Shown one piece after another: positions 36,900 through 43,190 of a DNA stretch of 43,190 nt. The stretch is taken from the NCBI RefSeq assembly GCF_001194135.2, contig NC_069002.1, positions 18,518,799-18,561,988 of the forward strand. Reading direction: 5' to 3'. Source of the DNA: Octopus bimaculoides. Taxonomy: Eukaryota. Every line of letters starts with the position of its first letter. Positions within the stretch are counted from its first letter, which is position 1. The notes under the pieces were generated by a model. It was not told the DNA's origin. It searched no databases and worked only from the letters and a program-made list of their open reading frames with translations. The translations under genes were made by a program, and so were the position numbers.

Positions 36900-37270
36900 T
36901 GAAAATCATTTTTGGGGAATTAAGAAAACGTATTAACATTTTAAGATTGTAAATGTAATTCCAATCCCTACAAGTTTCCTAACATAAGAACATTCTTTAA
37001 GTAATACTTATGATAATTATGATCTAAACGCATTACAGAACATTTTCCAAATTACTGGTTTACTTAAAACGTCTTGAGCCATTGATAAATCTTCTTTAAA
37101 TCAGATTTTAAAATTAAATTTTCTACTTTCTTGAATGTCTAGGAAAACGATTTCCAAATAAAACTACATGTAACGTTGCTTTCAAATTTGAAATACAAAC
37201 TTGTAGATTGATTGCATAGATTAGAAATAAAAGAGGACTTAGTAAACAACCCTGCTGCACTCCAGAATCA
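36900..37270 (-). mobile_element. CR1/L2-type LINE reverse transcriptase fragment, strongly decayed
   Basis: Minus-strand translation gives SGVQQGCLLSPLLFLIY (cf. GVPQGS.LSPLLF.IY), VVLFGN (degenerate LFADD) and LKSDLKKIYQW...GKCSVMRL (cf. LQ.DL..L..W...FN..KC.VM). Confidence 0.75.
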
Positions 37271-37376
37271 AATATATTAAGAAATGTAATTAAGACCCCC
37301 CCCCCCCCAAATTGACACGTATTATCCAAATACCTTTGAAATCAATTCCCTTATTTACTTACCACACACATATATA

Positions 37377-37403
37377 CGCGGTCTATCTGAAAAGTAACGG
37401 AAC
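37377..37403 (+). mobile_element. Isolated mariner-like TIR remnant
   Basis: (TA)CGCGGTCTATCTGAAAAGTAACGGAAC resembles the TIR at 11833. No partner TIR was found. Confidence 0.4.
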
Positions 37404-38291
37404 TGGGTGTACTGTGTGAGCTATGGGATGAAGAGGGATAAAAGGATTATTACTTCACTCATGTTTTATGTGAAATACTAATCAAATACTTTAGTATTTT
37501 CCAGTTTGTTCATACCTTGAAACTCACTCAAAGTTGTCGAGCTTTAAATAAAAAATGAGACCATAAATTGCTGTAATTTTATTTGCTCCCAGAAAATGTA
37601 TTGTTTTTAATTATTGATTTAACACTTTGTTAGTAAAACAGTAAAACAATGGGACGATATCTCTTATTATAACGCTATTTCGTATCCTAAAAAGATTTTG
37701 AAGAATTTCTCGTTGCTTGAAATTATTGCACTTAGAAAACAAAAATATATGTATAATAGTTCTCATATTCTACTTTTTCTTTTTTTTTTTGGTTATCCAG
37801 TAATTTATCAAAAAATTAGTCAGTTATTCGATCGTAAGGAGAATTTATTATGATACCTTTCACATTGTCTGAAAATAAAAGAAGATTTGCGGTGATTTCT
37901 CTCTGTCACAGAGAATTAACTGATTATCATCGGAAACTGATACCGCTGTGTATTATTGTTTTGGTTTTTCGCAACTTAACAGTGATTTTATAGATTTCCA
38001 TTACATAATAATATCTGATTTAAAATTTAAAGTATGTTTCAAGGCTAAAATATATGACTATGATTTATATATGACTATGATTTATATATGACTAGATCAC
38101 AGCAGCTGCTTGCATTTTCACTGCTTCGTACTACTTTACACGTCATGGCAGTAAATTGTGATTTACGAAACATGAAACAGCGTCAGACCCGATCAATACA
38201 CGTAGTATGTCTGTCGATTGAAATTCTATCTATCTATCTGTCTATCTATCTATCTATGAGTGTGCGTGCGTGCGTGTATATGTATATATAT

Positions 38292-38885
38292 NNNNNNNNN
38301 NNNNNNNNNNNNNNNNNNNNNNNNNNNNNNNNNNNNNNNNNNNNNNNNNNNNNNNNNNNNNNNNNNNNNNNNNNNNNNNNNNNNNNNNNNNNNNNNNNNN
38401 NNNNNNNNNNNNNNNNNNNNNNNNNNNNNNNNNNNNNNNNNNNNNNNNNNNNNNNNNNNNNNNNNNNNNNNNNNNNNNNNNNNNNNNNNNNNNNNNNNNN
38501 NNNNNNNNNNNNNNNNNNNNNNNNNNNNNNNNNNNNNNNNNNNNNNNNNNNNNNNNNNNNNNNNNNNNNNNNNNNNNNNNNNNNNNNNNNNNNNNNNNNN
38601 NNNNNNNNNNNNNNNNNNNNNNNNNNNNNNNNNNNNNNNNNNNNNNNNNNNNNNNNNNNNNNNNNNNNNNNNNNNNNNNNNNNNNNNNNNNNNNNNNNNN
38701 NNNNNNNNNNNNNNNNNNNNNNNNNNNNNNNNNNNNNNNNNNNNNNNNNNNNNNNNNNNNNNNNNNNNNNNNNNNNNNNNNNNNNNNNNNNNNNNNNNNN
38801 NNNNNNNNNNNNNNNNNNNNNNNNNNNNNNNNNNNNNNNNNNNNNNNNNNNNNNNNNNNNNNNNNNNNNNNNNNNNNNNNNNNNN
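38292..38885. other. Assembly gap (N run)
   Basis: 594 N. Confidence 1.
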
Positions 38886-38912
<27 letters not shown>

Positions 38913-38917
<5 letters not shown>

Positions 38918-38988
38918 ATGTGCATTTATTAATATCTTAAGTCTGAACTGCAGGGGGAAAATTGCCTGTAAAATCTGGTGACCCTTCA
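38913..38988 (+). repeat. 76-bp inverted repeat, left arm (right arm at 40525-40600)
   Basis: tgtgcatgtgcatttattaatatcttaagtctgaactgcagggggaaaattgcctgtaaaatctggtgacccttca differs from the reverse complement of the right arm at 5 positions. Each arm is flanked externally by (TG)n/(CA)n. Confidence 0.92.
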
Positions 38989-39139
38989 GCTGTAATCATA
39001 TAATACTTTCTGTTCCCCAGCCTTCACCTTTTCATCTCATTTTCATCATTAAATTCAGAAGAATAGGACAATTTCCTGGGCCATTTTTACTACATAATTT
39101 TTGAGAATAATTAATCGTCGCTACTATTGGATTTGCCTT

Positions 39140-40420
39140 CAGTTTAAGTTGTCTGAAAAGAAGCTATCAAACAGACCTGAAAGCAGTTCTGTGAAAAGGA
39201 ACTGTAAAGGGATTCCTCTGGATATCAAACTTGATGTTTTAAAAAGACTTGATGCAGAACTAAAACTAAGTTTGCCAAAAATCTTGCAACGTCTACAATG
39301 AAAACAACACATAACAACAGAGAGAAAATTAAGCCAAGTACTCAAGAAGCAACTCCACTCCACCTTATCTTTCTATACATCTAATGTAATGCTTAAAATG
39401 GAACGACTTAGAGTGCATAGATCGAGGATCAAAGTCTGCGTATTGTGACGACAAACACAATAATAATTTTAAAAGGAGTCCAAAGTTTATAAGACGGTTT
39501 TCCGAGAAAGGAAAGTTGCTGTGGTTAATATGCCTGAGTCAGGAGATGAAGTAAAACCTTCAAATTTAAATAATGTTTGAAAAAATATATATATGGCAAG
39601 ATTGTATCCGTGGCATTACGAGTTTTCCTCAAGCAGACGGTCTACATCAAATTCGGAAAGTTATAGTGACACTTGCAAAGGGTGTAGGAATTGAAGAAGT
39701 CATAGAGGATGATGCGATTAGGCTTCTAGTGTCCCAGAGAGAAAACTTCTTTACCAAGGAACTGATGCTTTTAGAGAGAGAACAAGCTGAGAATACAAAC
39801 GAGACAACCTCTAATACTTAAATTGACTCCAAAATTATTGCTAAGTGATTGGAATTTATAGAGGAAGATCTGCAGGTTTCTGTTGATAATAATCCTAATT
39901 GTGAACGTACCATGAATATTACAAGACAAGTTTACAATGAGCTCAGTTCCTATAATGAGCAGCACGAAGAGATGATGCGTCATAAACAGCAAACCCCTCA
40001 AGCTGATGTTGGTGATAATGAACAATAAGATAATAAATATTGTTCTTATCCTCCTAGTATCGCTCATTCCAACCCACGTCTCACACGCAGTAGTCAATAT
40101 CGTTTGTGATAAGAACATACTCTTACGATATTACGGTTCTTATTAATTCCCTAACTTATTCCTCTTGAAATGTTTTTGTGTTTTCATGTGTCTATTTTAT
40201 ACCAAGTATGTTTAGAAATTGTTATTTTCATGTAGAAATGTGACCGCGTTGCTTGCTCTCAGTGGTTTTCTTGTTCTTCTATTTTTCGAAAAAGTCCGTA
40301 GGAATGCAATCTCACTTGATAGTATGAAAATCAATTGGAAAATTAATTTCGTATAACAGAATTTCGTGTTAGGACCAGATTTTCAGGACCGCATTTATTC
40401 TGTAAAATGAGGGATTCCAG
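39140..40420 (+). mobile_element. Decayed Tigger/pogo (CENP-B-like) transposase relic, central DDE domain largely deleted
   Basis: The N-terminal psq-HTH reads SSVKRNCKGIPLDIKLDVLKRLDAE. C-terminal motifs are IVTLAKGVGIEEVIEDDAIRLLVSQRENFFTKELMLLE and DNNPNCER. A degenerate 3' TIR GAGGGATTCCAG|TA ends at 40420. Confidence 0.82.
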
Positions 40421-40524
40421 TATATATTTATATGCATAGTGCTTATGTATTACACATAAATATATATAATTTTCATATAGTATGCGAATAGAATTTATAT
40501 ATATATAGAGAGAGAGAGAGTTTA

Positions 40525-40595
40525 TGAAGGGTCACCAGATCTTACAGGCAATTTGCTCCCTGTAGTTCAGACTTAAGATATTAATAAACGCACAT

Positions 40596-40600
<5 letters not shown>
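40525..40600 (-). repeat. 76-bp inverted repeat, right arm
   Basis: See 38913-38988. Confidence 0.92.
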
Positions 40601-40631
<31 letters not shown>

Positions 40632-40717
40632 AAATATAGATAGCGTTTATTTACTATATAAATGTATATGTACAGTTCATATGTTTATATAAGGCATATG
40701 CATTCACACACATACAC

Positions 40718-40754
<37 letters not shown>

Positions 40755-41004
40755 TGTATTAGTTTATGAATTTGTGTTGTAAGATTCCTGATGTGAAACC
40801 ATTTGTTGAAACAGGTATTGTTGTATTTCGGGATGGTCATATTTATTTTTTTTTTGGCAAATAAACACACACTATATATTCGTTCTTCACTTCCATTGCC
40901 CGGAAATCTTTCGTCATATATCTGAGATCTCTTCAGCGACACTTTTCGGCCTCGTATGTGCTCCTGCTCTGCTTAGTCCATTTTGTACTTCTATGATCAA
41001 ATAC

Positions 41005-41049
<45 letters not shown>

Positions 41050-41126
41050 GTGTTTCATCGATTGATCGATATATCACCTGAGATAGAGCCTCTCAATCTC
41101 AAGTAGGAAATTTTTTTCAACCAAAC

Positions 41127-41129
<3 letters not shown>

Positions 41130-41184
<55 letters not shown>

Positions 41185-41193
41185 AAAAAAAAA
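41130..41193 (+). repeat. Poly(A) tract (A53-G-A10)
   Basis: Direct inspection. Confidence 0.95.
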
Positions 41194-41481
41194 TTTCCGT
41201 GCTGATACATTCAGAAACAAAATAATCAATTTATTAATGTCTGGTAATTGAATTGAAAAAAGCTGAGAGGTGATTAGTCTTTCACCTGACATACAACGTG
41301 GTTCTTGCTCCCAATACTACTACTACTACTACTACTACTTGCAATTATAAGTATATTTTGTTTGTTTTATATTTTCTTCTTTGCCAGAATGAAGTATTAG
41401 TTCAGAATTGTTTTCACATTCAGAAATATTCAAGAATGTAGATAAAAGCCTTATAAAGTCCTGCAAATTATACTACATAAC

Positions 41482-41529
<48 letters not shown>

Positions 41530-41575
41530 TGCACAAAAACTCTCCCTCACACGCATACACCTATATATATAATAC

Positions 41576-41614
<39 letters not shown>

Positions 41615-42220
41615 TTTGTGTGTGTGTGTTTGTGTGTGTGTACCACAATTTTTCTGAGAATGGGACGGAGTGTGAGAGAGAATGCAAAACGATAAGGAGG
41701 AAAATTAGACGCATCAGTTTGAATTCCATGGAGAAGAAATAATTTAAGAGTGGAATAATTCACCATTCTGTCGGCAGTTTGGTATTGTTGATAGTAACAT
41801 TGCGTATCGGATTTGGAAATGTATATTTTGACATTCAAAACTATTATCGCTCTCTGTCTTTTTACAGACACATCTACACAGTCATGCCTTACAACCCACC
41901 CCCTCGCTCACACACACACACACACACACACACATACGCACGCACCTTCAAACTGATTTTAGCCGCCCATAAACTTACTACTTTCTACTAGACAGTTATC
42001 TCTTCTTCATATATATAAATACATGAGCGTGTGCAGGGGCGGGGGGTGGGGGTATATTTCTTTTTTCTTCTTTGTTACTAATCCAACTTTAATTTATAGA
42101 ACAGAGAAATATTATTGGGATAAATTTACCGATGAATTTACAGGCCAGAAAATTCGCGTTTAGTTTCCAGTGGAGACACTTTTATTTTTGGTCTTAAACA
42201 ATGAATAACATAAAAAGAGA

Positions 42221-42221
<1 letters not shown>

Positions 42222-42301
<80 letters not shown>

Positions 42302-42400
42302 TGTGTGTGTGTGTGTGTGAGTGTGTGTGTGTTTGTGACAGAGAGGGTGAGAGAGAGAGGGAGACAGAGAGAGAGGGAGAGAGACAGGCAGACAGAGAAA
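42222..42400 (+). repeat. Compound (TG)n then (GA)n microsatellite
   Basis: Direct inspection. Confidence 0.97.
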
Positions 42401-42833
42401 GAAAGATATTGAGAAATGCCCTGCCGAGTGAAGAAGAGATTTGAAATTCTTGCAGAAATTTGGAGGAGATAAATAGGATATTTAAATAGAGCAGTATTGG
42501 ATATGTATAAAGAATTGTAAGAAAAAAAAACACACACTATTTACTTCAAAGCTAAAAAAAAAACAATGGATTCAAATGGGTTAAATTAATCTGCAACAAC
42601 GAAGACGAGATTCAGTCATAAATGAAAGCTGGCCAAAGTAAATTCTGCCAATTTTCCACTATGCGACTGTTCTCTGTGTGAGACAACAAAAGTGAAACAA
42701 GGGAGCTGGAATGTTTCGAGGGAACAACAACAACAACAACAAAAAGAAGAGGAGTTAAGGATATGTTATGGGAGCATTTACGACAGGTCAGAGATCATTG
42801 TTGTTTACAATCCTCTAAATAGCTCAAATCACT

Positions 42834-43052
42834 CACAGCCTGGTTCTTAATCCAGTAGGGTGTATAAAAGAACATTTTAATAGAAAGTTTCGGGCAAGAT
42901 CGTTCAAAATTACTACACTTAAAGAGGTGAAAGACTCATTGACCAGACAATGAAGAAATATGAATCAGTTTGTCATTGATAATTTCATTAAATCCATTCA
43001 TACTCGAGTGAAATCCATGATGCTGGTGAAAAGACGAACCTCAAAATACTGA
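42834..43052 (+). mobile_element. Tc1-family transposase C-terminal relic
   Basis: HSLVLNPVGCIKEHFNRKFRAR...TTLKEVKDSLTRQ*RNMNQFVIDNFIKSIHTRVKSMMLVKRRTSKY* aligns by eye to QSPDLNPIE.VW..L.R.LRAR...TL.EL..AL..EW..I.Q..IDNLI.SM..R...VI.A.GG.TKY*. Confidence 0.6.
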
Positions 43053-43155
43053 GAGAAACTTCATTTCTTTTACATAATTTTCCTGAAATTGTCACTTCTT
43101 GAACCACGTTGTGTTTTATTAACTTCGTTAAAAATTGCTTTTGTTGTTGTTACTG

Positions 43156-43190
43156 TCCTCCTCCTCCTCCTCCTCCTCCTCCTCCTCCTC
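43156..43190 (+). repeat. (TCC)n microsatellite, runs off the window end
   Basis: Direct inspection. Confidence 0.97.

Noticed and set aside
41100-41200. Poly(A) tract as the tail of a retrocopy
   Set aside because: No upstream polyadenylation signal, coding remnant or TSD was found.

Overview
Eukaryotic, AT-rich, microsatellite-dense genomic DNA with about 3.7 kb of N gaps (10 gaps). The SINE families and repeat landscape match my recollection of octopus (coleoid cephalopod) genomes; this is an inference, not a database result. No intact, recognisable host gene is present, and nearly all ORFs in the supplied track are artefacts of N gaps or simple repeats. The window is intergenic or deep-intronic and consists mostly of decayed transposons: two Penelope-like element (PLE) bodies with GIY-YIG motifs, several mariner, Tc1 and Tigger relics and MITEs, RTE and CR1-type LINE fragments, and eight tRNA-derived SINE copies from two families. 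The most interesting signals are structural: two PLE-type terminal repeats carrying a minimal hammerhead-ribozyme-like motif with a shared non-canonical core, and several independent inverted repeats (a 410-bp foldback with staggered bulges, an interleaved A-B-A'-B' repeat, a perfect 34-bp hairpin, an inverted mariner pair, and a 76-bp inverted pair around a Tigger relic). A few weak splice-signal-bounded exon candidates are flagged at low confidence. I found no evidence for a wholly new multi-gene system.
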